Assembly: GCA_032718475.1 (NCBI GenBank)
Contig: JAUCBJ010002054.1
Span: forward strand, 10,877 to 74,876
Direction: 5' to 3'
Length of the DNA stretch: 64,000 nucleotides
Source: Nemertoderma westbladi
Taxonomy: Eukaryota; Animalia; Xenacoelomorpha
In this document: positions 46,327 to 58,669 of the stretch, in pieces
How positions within the stretch are numbered: the stretch's first letter is position 1
Layout of the letters: each line of letters opens with the position of its first letter
Made by a program: the position numbers and the translations under genes
The notes under the pieces: model-generated
What the model was told of the DNA's origin: nothing
Seen by the model: only the letters and a program-made list of their open reading frames with translations
Database searches by the model: none

Positions 46327-48854
46327 CTACATCATTCCTCCCGCACCCTCCGGGAACCATCTAAGTTCCTTGCCCCTATCGTCGTCCTGTCTGGGTCGCT
46401 TCCTGCCTTCCTGTTTACCCTTGAGGCTACTCATCCTTGCTGACACCGTCTTACCAAGCCCCGTTGTTGGTTCGTTGTGTGTTATTAACTCACGGTATCG
46501 CTTCACAGGTGGTCCCACTGAGTGTCCCTCCTGTCTCCCGCTGGTAGCATCCCACAAGATCATCTTCATCGCATGCGGCACGTGTTCCACCAGAAAGTCC
46601 CTGAATTCGATCCTATTTTCTGGTGACCATCTGTGCAGATATCTTTGGGTTTTGATGACCCCTCCGTATGATGCCGCTGTCGCTACCTCCTTATATGTGA
46701 ATGGTAGTCTCCTCTTGGTGATCTGCTTGTGGGCTTCTATATTAATGTTGAAGAAATCCCACCGAAACTCCTGGGCCTTCATTCTTTGTCATGTCATGAC
46801 CCCTACGTCGGCCCACTCCTCGAAAATGCGGAATTTCTCCTTATCAACCATCCAGTCGCACTGGCGCTCAAAGTGCCCCCTAAACTTGCACTTTGAACAC
46901 CTGTTGTGCAACCTCAAGCACTCGCCCATCCTGTGTGTAGACTCGCGGCAGTAAAGACACGCCATCCCCTTTTGGTAACGGTATAGACAGTTCTTTTGCT
47001 GATGGGTTAATCTCCCACAGTAATCGCAACTGTGTATCATTGTCTCTCGCCCCAAGTCGTCCTTGGCTCCACATCGCCTCCTGGGTCTGTGGAGCCGCTG
47101 GTAGGTAAACACCTGGACGTTGTCTTCCCTACCCATATCGATGTCCTCCTCCACCCTCGGCATCGTTTCTCCAAACACTACCCGTGTTGCCGTCACCGGT
47201 TGCTCGCCAAGTCGGATCGTACTCGCCGTGAAGTCCATTGCTGGCTCCCCGTGCTCCCAGGTCCGCTTACCAGGTTTGTCCCAGAAGGCTCTCGCCCCGC
47301 TGGCTGTCACCACTCTTCCATCCACCCAGTCCGTGTCCGAGTGGCCGATTCTCGCTATCGGTGGCATCGCCCCAAACTCGTCCTCCTCCTCTTCCCCTGC
47401 CGGGGGCGCAATCCTCGCTATCGGTGGCATCTCCCCAAACTCGTCCCCCTCCTCCTCCCCTGCCGGGAGCGGATCCAAACCCGGGATCCCAGTTAATCCC
47501 CTGTGTCCCTTCCTGCCCTGGTATCCACCCATGGCCTTCCACCCTTCTACCTCCATCGGTCTCTTCCTTCCGATGTCTCCCTCAGAGCCTGCAGGCATGG
47601 GCATTCTTTGCAGCCCCGATGTAGACTGTGTCGGTGTCTCTTCCATCCAACCCAGTTCGTCCCCCAGCCGAAACTCGCCCGAGGCCTCCGATCCCCACCT
47701 CAGCTCGTACAAATCATGGGCTTCGAACTCATACTCCTCTCCCCTTATATCTGCCTCTCTGACCGCTGCCTCCCTGGTGTATCTACCTCTCTGTCCACCA
47801 GATGTCGGGTATTGTAATATAACAACTCGCCCTTCAGCCCCAGGTGGTCTACAAGACCTTCTAGGGCCACCTTAAAAACTCTCCTGTGGTTCAGAGGTGA
47901 TCCCGATAGTAGCAACGCCGTCGGCTCCCTCCCGATAGTTACCGTGATGAATAGGTTTAGTAAACCTATCATTATCCAGTCATCTTGTAGGATATATCTC
48001 TTCTGACTATATCTTTATCGCTCCCTTCCGGAAGTGATATAGTTCCTCCTTCCCCAGTCTCGCTCCCCACTTGAGCGAGTTCGCAAGTTCCGCTCGGTAT
48101 TCCTCCCAGAACTTGTTCCAGTCCATCGGCTTGTGGCAGACGAGTTGGCCCATCACCACAGCTCCGTAATGTCCCGTGTTGTCCACCAATCCCAATCCCT
48201 CTGGTTTTGTCATAGCCATGTAGACTACCTGCATGTCCAGAAAATTGGGGATGCCCGGTCCAATAATTCTGACCGTGTCGCCGCGTATCGCCGATCCCAC
48301 TTGACTGTAGTCTTCAGTCTTACTAGCTCCTGCACAGCGTTCGGCAACCGGTTTAACTTCGGCTCGCTCTTCTTTCCGTAGGTCCCTAGGTCGAATAGAA
48401 AGATATCTCTGTTCGGAGCTGCTAAGTGCAGCAATATGGTTCTAGCCGATCCTCCCGACCCCCTTCTCGAGCCCTCGTCGTCCTCCACAGTCCCTTCATC
48501 ATCTAGGACCATGTATCCACCCTTCTCCATGGAATCTACAAATGTCCTCCACTCCTTCCTCGGTGGTTTCCTCGGGTACTTTGGTATCTCGAACTTAGCT
48601 TCGTCCCCCTTTACAACATAGCGAAGATGCTCGTCGATCGCGTTGTCCAATGACGGCGTCCCATAGGTCTCGACTAGTCATCGCTCGTGCATCTCTCTAA
48701 ACTGATCCAGTAGCGCGTGCGCTTTGTGACCCTTCGGGAGTGGTTTGTAGTATCCCTTCATCTTGTTCTCCGGATGCCTCTGCATGAAGTCCACTAGCAA
48801 CTCCTTTCTACTCTTCTCCGATTTCCTCTTCTTCACTAGTTTCTCCGCCATCAT
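46327..48854 (-). pseudogene. Accessory ORF: DEDDy (WRN/EXD-like) 3'-5' exonuclease + three CCHC zinc knuckles, disrupted
   Basis: Six ORF-track pieces join through two in-frame TGA codons and about three frameshifts; ExoI VLDDEG, ExoII KVGSAIRGD, ExoIII YILQD; CDYC..THQ..C, CLYC..THR..C, CSKC..GHF..C. Confidence 0.75.
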
Positions 48855-49324
48855 GAATCTACTCACTCTCACCGAACTGGTGGGGCCTTAGAAAGGCTCA
48901 GTTAGGTAAGAGGGTTACTAAATAGAATCTTATTAGTCCCGATCAGCGATGGCCTACATCCTATCTGTCCCTTTTACTACGTTTTGTACAAATATTCCCC
49001 TTATGTGCCAATTTTTTCCTTAATTTACAATTTTGTCCGTTGCTTTTTATTAATGATTCTAGAATTTTCTTCCCCAGTTGCTATAATTTGTTAATTTTGT
49101 TATTATTTATATTCTCCCCTACATGTGCTATTATCCTATCTGCTACTTGATCACTACCTAAGCAATCCGTTCCTACTTGTATACAGAGAAGACTAGCTAC
49201 AGTTTTCTTATTGTCTTGCTAGCTTCCTACCAGACAATTTCCTGGCTCTGTAACAATACCCTAAGTCTGTACTACGGGCTATGTGCTACAGTAATCTAGT
49301 TCATGCGGCCTACACGGTCTATTC

Positions 49325-49830
49325 TACTATGCATACATACCCCCCTCGACTCCTCACGTGGTGCCCTCAGTGCCCACAATAGTACGTATTACGTGGTATT
49401 GGTCCCATTGACCCGGCTTATGTTGGTATTTATTACGTACGTTGGCACATTGTGCCCATCAGACGTATGCAATATATATATACCCCTCCTAATCCTCATT
49501 ATGGTACTGTGTACGCTTCTGCTACAGTATGGGTACATACCCCCCCCCCCCCCCCCCCCAACTCCTCACATGGAGCCCCCAGTGCCCACTATTGTATGTA
49601 TTATGTATTTATGGTACTATGTACCCTTCTACTATGGTATGCGTATATACCCTCCCACAAATCCTCACATGGTGCCCTCAGTGCCCACAAATTTACGGTA
49701 CTATATACCCCTCTACTACGGTATGCGTACATACCTCCCCTTCAACTCCTCATGTGGCACCCTCAGTGCCCACAATAGCACGTATTACGTACTTATGGTA
49801 CTGTGTACCCTTCTATTATGGTATGCATAC
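49325..49830. repeat. ~90-100-bp degenerate tandem repeat between integrase and the accessory ORF
   Basis: CTCCTCAC(A/G)TGGTGCCCTCAGTGCCCACAA-like unit about 4 times. Confidence 0.75.
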
Positions 49831-49870
49831 ATAAGCAAAAAATCAGTCCAATATATTGGACGACTCAAGT

Positions 49871-52800
49871 TTAGGGCGATCCCTCCAATAGGCAACACTT
49901 CCCTACCGCCCTCCTGTAGGTCTTCCTATCTTTGGCCCCTATCTTCCCTCTGATCCTCACTTCCACAGATCTAATTCTTCCGTCTTTGGCGGGGTAGGTC
50001 TCCACTACCCTAGCCAACCTCCTGTGATTGTTGATAATCATATCATCTATGACGATTATCAAGTCACCCTTCCTTAGCTCCCTCTGGTTGTTCCTCTATT
50101 TACTCCTTTTGTGCAGTGTTGGAAGGTACTCTCGGATCCACCTTGCCCAATACTCTGCACTTATCGCCTTAGCCACCTTCCAGCTTTGACGCGAATGTAT
50201 ATCATCTGGATCGACGTTTCGCATGTCAATCGTCGCTGGTCTCTCCATCAGCAGGTGTGCTGGTGTTAGGACGTCCAGCGATTCTGGATCGTCATTCTCG
50301 GATACAGCGGGCAGCTGTTGATAATTCCCTCGCATTTCGCCAGCACTGTCCTTAGTACATCCTCAGTGACCATATGGTTATTCATCAGCTTGGGCATAAG
50401 TTGTTTGGAGCTTCCCAAAAGTCGCTCTACACATCCCAGTGTATGTGGCGCGTATGGAGTTCTCCTCTCCCACCTCATTAGGTGTTTCCTCATCGCCGCC
50501 TTGACATCTTTGCCCTCCAGAATGTCAAGGGCCTCCGCTAACTCGTTTTCCGTGCCCACGAAGTTAGTGCCATTGTCTGAGTAGGGTACCTCCACTGTTC
50601 CTCCTCTGCGGGTCACGAACCTCCCCAGCGCATTAATAAATGCCGACGCCGTGGCGTCTTGAGCAAGTTCTATCCCCACATAGCCCTCGTATTATTGCAG
50701 ACGAAGATAATGCCGTAGCGTTTCTCCGTATGCCGCATCACCTTTATTTTAATCGGCCCAAACATGTCCATGCCGCCGTGTGTGAACGGTGGGTCGTGAT
50801 GCCTTACCCTATTGGTCGGCAATGGCGCCATCTCCTGTATGGCCCTCTCCTTCTTCATCCATCGGCAGGTCTGGCATTGCCCCACTACCGTCTTCACCAT
50901 CTTTCTGAGCTGGATTACCGAGAATATCTTCCGAATCTCTGTCAGGGTATGGTTGGTACCACTGTGTAGTATGGACTTATGGGCATCCCATATGATCTGG
51001 TGGACTATTGGTGACTTGTTGGGGATTATTATTGGTTTTGGTGGGATCACGGGGCTGATGTTGTTTTCCACCCTGGAGTTCATGACTAGGATCCCATCCT
51101 TATCTAATTGTGGTGACAGCGTGTTGAGCTCGCTGTTTTGACGAATGCGTTGTTGTTTGCTGACGCAGTTTACTTCGTCTCCGTATCCCTTCCTTTGCTC
51201 GTATTGTATCAGGGCTTTGGCCGCTCCTTCCAGATCGATGGTGGGTCTCGTTTTGGCATCCTTACCAGCTCCCCTAAGGAATTCTCCTCAGATATGCTAC
51301 TAGCTTCTTCGTCTTGTACCAGCTGGAGCTGTAACTGAGCAACCTATCCATTGGGTTATTGCACGACTTTATCGGGTTTGATCGCAGTGGCGCCTCCTTA
51401 ACCTCCCTCACTAGTTGACTAAATATTTCCTCCCCCTCTGATTCCTCTCCCGACTCCCCCACTGTCACTTCCTCTGTAGTTGGGTCTACCTTTCTCATCG
51501 GCAGCCAGCTCAACCTATCATTAAGGAAGTGTGGGCCATGCTGCCACAACTCCTGCTTCCATGAGAAAGCGTGGCGTACAACGCCCCTCGATAGCAGATC
51601 CGCTGGATTGTCGTCAGTTGGGCAGTAGTGCCATTTCTCCAAGTCTGACGTTGCTCTTATCTCATCCACTCTGTTCGCCACAAATATGGGATAACGCGTC
51701 TTCTCGTTAGGCAACACTACCATGGAATCTGTCCAGTAGTGCGTCTCTACTATATTTGGTATCGTGTCCACCAAGTATGCTGTCGCTCTCACTCCTAATC
51801 TTGCATCCATTAGCTCGAGTTTCGGCACTGATGCTGAATATGGTGGCGTCGACCTCGCTTTACTAAATGCAAGCCTGGGCTCATGAGTCCCCTTCCGCTG
51901 TACCAAATAAAGTGCCGCACCATATGCTTCCAGGGATGCATCGGAGAACGTGTGTAGTTCTAAATCGGTCATGTCCCCATCTGGGAAGTATACACGTGGC
52001 ATACTATAAGTCCCCATTTCTTCGAGGCTCCCTTTCCATTTTTCCCACTGTTTCCTTATCTCCACTGGACCTCCGCTTCCCAGTCATCTTTTATCTTATA
52101 GACCTTCTTCAATACTTGTTTCCCCGTAACTAATAACGGGGACGCTAGACCTAGCGGATCATAAATCCTCGTTATGTATGACACATAGCCTCGTATAGTA
52201 TGGATCCAGGCACCCTCCTGACTTAGTTGATACTCCAACTCATCTGTTTCCCACTTTCATACGATCCCTAGTGACTTCTGCTGCGATTCTATCCTCTTGA
52301 CCGCCATAATCTGTTCCTTTAATGTCATAGGTTTATCTATCTTTACCTCCGGTAGTTTATCTTATATGGCTTCCATAAATTCTCTAGAGTTGGACTGGAA
52401 TTTTGTAAGGTTAAATCCTGATCCCTTCAGGATGTCGCGAACTTTGAGCCCTATATCGAGGATCTCTTTAACCAAATTTCCAGAACCCATCCCATCGTCC
52501 ACGTAGAACCCACGTCGAATCATATTGATCGCCTTCACACTGTATTCACCCTCTTTGCCCTTCACCGTGTGTCTTACGGCTGTAGTTGTGGTAAATGAGG
52601 ACGACTTGGCCCCTATATTCTGCACTACCATCTTATACATTGGTATCTCCAACGGTTCTTTGTCGCCGTTGTACCACAGGAAGTGCTGACTATCGCTATC
52701 CTCCTCTGTCACTCGCTCTTGGTTAAACATGCCATCTATATCGCACATGAAGGCGTGTTTTCCACTTCTGAACCTTAACAGGACCTCTATCCCAGAGTTG

Positions 52801-54350
52801 TAGATATTGAGGCCATCCAGTAGGTAGTCATTCAGACTCTTGCCATTTGTCTTGGCAGATGCGTCGACCACCATTCTTAACTTGCCCTTCTTAGGGTCCA
52901 GAGCCACATGAAGTGGCAAATAGTAGGTCCTATTGGTATTTGGTTCATCCACCGGTAGTTCCACAGCCCATCCTCGATCCACGTACTTCTTGATGGTCTT
53001 GTGGATGTATTCATTCTTTTCGGGGCTCCATCTAAGCGTTTGCTTTAATTTTCGAAGCCTCGTCAAGACCATCCTTTTATTGTCTGGTAGGGGCAACTTC
53101 GGCTGCTTCCATACCATCCCTATGGTATATTGCCCCCCCTCGCATTTCATCGAGTTCCTGACACTCTCCTGCGCCTGCTTGTCCTCCACCGAGGTTCCCA
53201 CCCCGGCCTCCTTCAGCCCCTCGAAGTCTTGCCGTAGCAGCCTCCTGAGTTGCTCCTATGCTCACTCATTCTTCATTTCCCTCATTGTTCCCGCGAACAT
53301 GCACCCTGAGGATTCGGACACGCTGAGCGGGATTCTTGTCTTAATTAGGCCACTGAGCATCCATCGGAATGGTGTGAGAATGGCCACCGGATCTCGCTCC
53401 CTATCCTCGCTGAAGACGGTCTGTAGTCTCTCGTGGGCCATCGGACAGTCCACACATCGGACATCGGACTATCAACCAGCATTAGCATTGTAACCGATAG
53501 CTCGTTCTCCCCTGTTATCCTCACTGGTACTACCATTCCCCTCCTCTTTGCTCCCATGGTGCTTGTCGCCATCGTCTGGCCTCCAGTCTCATCAGTCTCG
53601 GCATATTTGATTGGCGGTTCCTGGCACTCATCCTTCCTGTGTCCTCCTACCGCTCATCGATGACATAGTCCGTTCTTACCCGTGTAGGCTATCCGATGTT
53701 GTTTAAGCAACACCTGCCAATGTTTACGTGTAACGTGTTTACGTCTTATGTGTAACGAACCTATGTAGTTGGCATTTGTATTCGGGGTTGTAGTGTTCCT
53801 TATATAGCACTTCACGTATTGCGCTTAGATTCATATCCAGCGGTTTAGTGTTTTGGTTATTTGGACTTGGCCTACTGGGGGTATTGGGTTTGTATTTGTT
53901 CGTGTTGTTAATTTGTTTCTGTCTTTTCCACGGTGTGGCTCTACTCCCAGCTCTCTGTGGACTTGAAGTCCCCTGTGTGGCCGCATACGGTAGCGACTGC
54001 CTCACCTTCGGAAGTGCATTCGCCGCACTATGTTCGGGTTTAGGTCGGCTGTACTCAGTTTTCGGTGCCTTGCCTAGACTGTCCTCACTATAGACTGGAT
54101 CCGTTGTTAGCTCCGCCTCGTAGTTAAGGAAGTTCGACATTTCCTCCAACCCTGGCTCGGCACATTTCCTTTCTCGAGTGGAGAAAGTGATCTTTCTCCA
54201 TTTGTTTCTTAGCCAAATCGGTAGTGCCTGCGCTATCGTGGTGATGTTGTTCAATGCATAGAGTTCGTATGGTGCATCTAGAGTCTTTAACACTATTAGC
54301 GCTTTCTCTACTTTGTTAGCAAAAGTCTTGATTCTTGATACTAACGGGGT
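49871..54350 (-). pseudogene. BEL/Pao gag-pol pseudogene
   Basis: Fragments with YYLPLH..KLRMVVDAS, FYVDD, LHTFSDAS, NPADLLSRG, HSG..CQTC, GMDMFGP, SDNGTNF, EYLPTL; many stops and frameshifts. Confidence 0.92.
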
Positions 54351-55059
54351 TATCTGCGAGTCCGCCTGATGTTATTCCCTCCCTCTTCCCTCCCTCTCTC
54401 TCTATTATTAAACATTTGAAGGAAAATATGAAGAAAATAAAGAGGCGACATTGACCCAAGTTCTAGGAAGTAAAATTAAATTACAGAAATTTATTAAACA
54501 TTTAGAAGAAAATGAAGAAAATATGAAAATTGAGACAAATATTAGTAAACAAAAATCAAATGCGCAAATGTATTAAACAAATGGAAGAAAATTAAGAAAA
54601 TAGAGAAGAGATATTAAGATAAGTCCTTGGAAATAAAAGTTAATTATTGAAAATTAATGAACAATTGAATAAAATTAGGAAACAGTTGGATAATGAGGAA
54701 GATGACCAGCTTTTACTTATTTTCGAAGACCTATGATAAAAAAAAACTCTCGCACAGTATCTGCCCGCGCAGGAGGACACTATTAACATTTGTTTGTTTG
54801 AGTTCCTTTCATAATAGTATTAGGGCTATTTATCCATAATAATTATATTAGTATTAGGACTATTTATCCATAATAATTACATTAGTATTAGGACTATTTA
54901 TCCATAACAATTATATTAGTATTATAAATGTATTTACACACAATATTTATAACAGAGTAAGACAATAGAATAATGCTCTTCTAGGGTTCGAACTCACGAC
55001 CTTCTAATTAGAAAACTAAGCAAATGATCAGCTTGAAGGCCCTAGACCCTTAATCTGAG

Positions 55060-55495
55060 CCTCAGTGCCTCCGTGAGGCATAGTCTGTGCCTCAGTGAGG
55101 CATAGTCTGTGCCTCAGTGAGGCATAGTCTGTGCCTCAGTGAGGCATAGTCTGTGCCTCAGTGAGGCATAGTCTGTGCCTCAGTGAGGCATAGTCTATGC
55201 CTCAGTGAGGCAAAGTCTATGTCTCATTGAGGCATAGTCTATGCATCAATGCCTCAGTGAGGCATAGTCTGTGCATCAGTGAGGCATAGTCTGTGCCTCA
55301 GTGATGCATAGTCTGTGCCTCAGTGAGGCATAGTCTGTGCCTCAGTGAGGCATAGTCTGTGCCTCAGTGTGACGCATAGTCTGAGCCTCAGTGAGGCATG
55401 TGCCTCAATGAGGCATAGTCTGTGCCTCAGTGAGGTATAGTTTGTGCCTCAGTGTGAGGCATAGTCTGAGAGTCAGTGAGGCATAGTCTGTGGCT
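55060..55495. repeat. 22-bp minisatellite with palindromic core TGCCTCA-G-TGAGGCA
   Basis: (GCCTCAGTGAGGCATAGTCTGT)n, roughly 19 copies. Confidence 0.9.
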
Positions 55496-55539
55496 CAAAC
55501 CTATAACTCGAGACTTTAGAAGTGCCTCAGGTCTTAAAT

Positions 55540-56015
55540 CCGAGTCTTTAGCAGCAGAATGGAGAACTGCGGGTCGATCAACCTCCTCAGTAAAGTATAG
55601 CCTATGATATAGTAGATGTCTACTAAGTTTCAGCCTAAATTTTTTAAAAACAATCAAATGAAATCAGGTTTTCACTATCAAACATTTCGCCCCCTAGCGG
55701 TAGACTGGAGAACTCCGGGCTGGTCAAACTCATCGGTAAAGTATAGCCTATGCCATAGTAGATGCCTACTAAGTTTTAGCCTAAGCGGATTAAAAACAAT
55801 CAAATGAAATCATGTTTTCACTTTGAGACAATTCGCCATCTAGCGGCAGACTGGGGAACTTCAGATTACTCTGCGACTCTATAAAAGATGTAGCCTATGA
55901 TATAGTAGATGCCTACCGAGTTTAAACATAAGCGGATTGTACATAACAAAGTTATAGAAGATGTTAATTTTCAGATAATACGCCCTCTAGCGGCAGACTG
56001 GGGAACTTCAGGGGG
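55540..56015 (-). repeat. ~146-bp repeat array carrying CTCF-like motifs (reverse orientation)
   Basis: CGCCC(C/T)CTAGCGG / CGCCATCTAGCGG at 55688, 55834, 55981. Confidence 0.7.
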
Positions 56016-56603
56016 CTGGATATAGGTAAGAGTAATTAGTAATCAGAGGTGTCACGAGAGGGGGCGGGGCGCTTGGATACAACTATTATTAAAAACCTGT
56101 TGCTTGGTTAAAGCTAAATGGGGGTCAAGATAGATAAGAGTAATTAGTTACTAGTAGGACCTGTATACCCTAGGGCTAAGTAAGTATAGTGAGCTGAAAG
56201 TATATGCCAATAATGACGTCATTCGGTAAGTAATAAAAAATATTTATTGGTAAATCTAAAAATAGAAATAAATTAATTAAAGTAAAAGTAATAAATACAA
56301 TTAAATAAATTAAAATTAAATACAAATACAAATAAATATTAAAATTAAAATTATAGTAACCATATTTAAACTGAAGAAAGATTATAGGTGATACTATTTT
56401 CTTATTAACTAGGTTACAGGCCAACTACTATTCCACTCCAATGCCGAATCTAGAAAAAAACAATTATGCTTAAGGACAATATAATTACAGAGTTTTCTAA
56501 TTTTGCAACAATGGGAACACGCAATTTACGGATACGTTTCCAAAATTTCATAAATTTACTGTACAATTAATTTCGACGATGTAATTCTCATAGTTGTCAT
56601 GGT

Positions 56604-57802
56604 TAGGGCTCAACAGAACCTTCGGCTTCGGTTCGGTTCGGGCCGAAGTTTGGCAATTTCGGTTCGGTTCGGCTTCTGCAATTGATACTGCAGAAGCCCG
56701 GAGCAAACTTTGCTAAATATTCCAAATATTACATTGACTGATTGAGCTAAGACCAGAAGACAGTAAGACTAATCAATCTGTCCATCGTTGTCAGGTTGTA
56801 CTAATTAATTTTGGAGTGTAAACGTTAAGCAGACACTGGTGCAGAGCAGACAGTGGTGCAGACAGTGGTGCAGACAGAGATGCAGACAGTGGTGCAGACA
56901 GAGATGCAGACAGTGGTGCAGACACCTGGTGCAGACAGTGGTGCACGCACTGGTGCAGAGTGGTGCAGACACTGGTGCAGACACCTGGTGCAGACAGTGC
57001 TGCAGACACTGGTGCAGACAGTGTTGCAGACACTGGTGCATACAGTGGTCAGACACTGGTGCAGACAGTGGTGCAGTCAGTGGTGCAGACAGTTGTGCAG
57101 ACGGTGGTGCAGACAGTGGTGCAGATAGTGGTGCAGACACTGGTGCAGACAGGGGTGCAGACACTGGGGCAGACAGTGGTGCAGACACTGGTGCAGGCAG
57201 TGGAGCAGACAGTGGTGCAGGCACCTGGTGCAGTCTGCACTTAATTACTTTCGTACACACCTCTTATAATTATTTGTAATCAGGGCACATTCACCCGCAC
57301 GCACCTCGACTTGTCAGCTTGTACTACATACGTCCTCCCTACTTCATGTAGAACCTTTCAGTAGTTACTCGCATATTTGTAGATAATAAAGTCTATGATA
57401 AAATATAATATAATAGTGCCTGGTGGTATTGTGTTTTGTGGTACTCTGGTATTTCAGTATTTTCACCAGGTGTCTGCACCACTGTCTGCACAAGTGTCTG
57501 CAGCACTGTCTGCACAAGTGGCTGAACCACTGTCTGCACCAGTGTCGGCACGTCTGTCTGCACCAATGTCTGCACCACTGTCTGCACCAGTGTCTGCACC
57601 ACTGTCTGCACCACTGTCTGCACCACTGTCTGCACCACTGTCTGCACCACTGTCCGCACCAGGTGTCTGCACCACTGTCTGCACGCTGCACCACTGTCTG
57701 CACGCTGCACCACTGTCTGCACCAGTGTCTGCACCACTGGCCGCACCAGGTTTCTGCAATCTGCACCACTGTGGGGCGAGCCACGAAGTTGGCGGAGCCT
57801 TA
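56604..57802. mobile_element. Foldback/MITE-like element with inverted 12-bp minisatellite arms
   Basis: (GGTGCAGACAGT)n at ~56830-57240 faces (ACTGTCTGCACC)n at ~57465-57770; short imperfect termini TAGGGCTC...GAGCCTTA. Confidence 0.6.
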
Positions 57803-57814
57803 GCGAATTGACAC

Positions 57815-57872
57815 TGTTAGGGGGTGGGTCAATTTATGCAAATAGTTGTCGTCGTCGTCGTCATCGTCGTTG

Positions 57873-57907
<35 letters not shown>

Positions 57908-58669
57908 GTCGTCGTTACGATTTTGACATGCTAATAACTTTGTCGGATTTAAAGCTGCCACGTTGAAAATTTGTAGGTATCAATATGAGCAAAAGTTGAG
58001 ATTTTTGAGAGACTTTCAGACACCATCAGTGCAATGGTCTCCCGCTAGAGGGCCACATGTCTAAACATTAAAAGGCCACCCATTTCTTTGCTTTTAATCC
58101 GTTTAAGCTGAAACTTGGGAAGTATGTACTAGACCATTAGCTGTAAATTTCAAAGGAGGCTAATCTGTCTGCAGTTCTCCAGTCTGCCGCTAGAGGGCGA
58201 AATGTCCCGAATGTGAAATTATTCTTCCATTTAGTTGTTTATGATCTGATTACGCTGAAACTTGTCATATATGTACTAGATGACATCCTGAGTCTTTGTG
58301 TGGATTGTAATCGGTCTGAAGTTTTCCAGTCTGCCGGTAGAGGGCCACATGTCTAAACATTAAATGGCCACCCATTTCTTTGCTTTTAATCCGTTTAAGC
58401 TGAAACTTGGGAAGTATGTACTAGACCATTAGCTGTAAATTTCAAAGGAGGCTAATCTGTCTGCAGTTCTCCAGTCTGCCGCTAGAGGGCGAAATGTCCC
58501 GAATGTGAAATTATTCTTCCATTTAGTTGTTTATGATCTGATTACGCTGAAACTTGTCATATATGTACTAGAAGACATCCTAAGTCTTTGTGAAACAGTA
58601 ATCGGTCCGGAGTTTTCGAGTCTGCCGCTAGAGGGCGAAATGTAGGAAAGTGATAACCTTCGCGAATTC
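57815..58669 (+). mobile_element. Non-autonomous interspersed element (Helentron/HINE-like layout) with (GTC)n and ~146-bp CTCF-motif repeats; interrupted by element B
   Basis: (GTC)n at ~57848-57915; CCGCTAGAGGGC-type motifs at 58042, 58187, 58334, 58479, 58625; class assignment is tentative. Confidence 0.55.

Larger units (their letters stand above)
46263..54350 (-). mobile_element. Element D: decayed BEL/Pao element without visible LTRs, with accessory ORF
   Basis: Minus-strand gag-pol fragments in canonical order followed by a co-oriented ~2.5-kb ORF region. Confidence 0.85.

Noticed and set aside
46250-47875. Plus-strand 234-aa and 251-aa ORFs
   Set aside because: Antisense shadows of the minus-strand accessory ORF.
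49303-49953. 216-aa hydrophobic ORF
   Set aside because: Runs through a degenerate tandem repeat and poly-C tract, antisense to element D.
54975-55062. Minus-strand tRNA gene (GAGTTCGAACCC B-box)
   Set aside because: No convincing cloverleaf; at most a degenerate SINE head.
56791-57811. Many overlapping Cys/Gln/Ala-rich ORFs
   Set aside because: Artefacts of a 12-bp minisatellite open in most frames.
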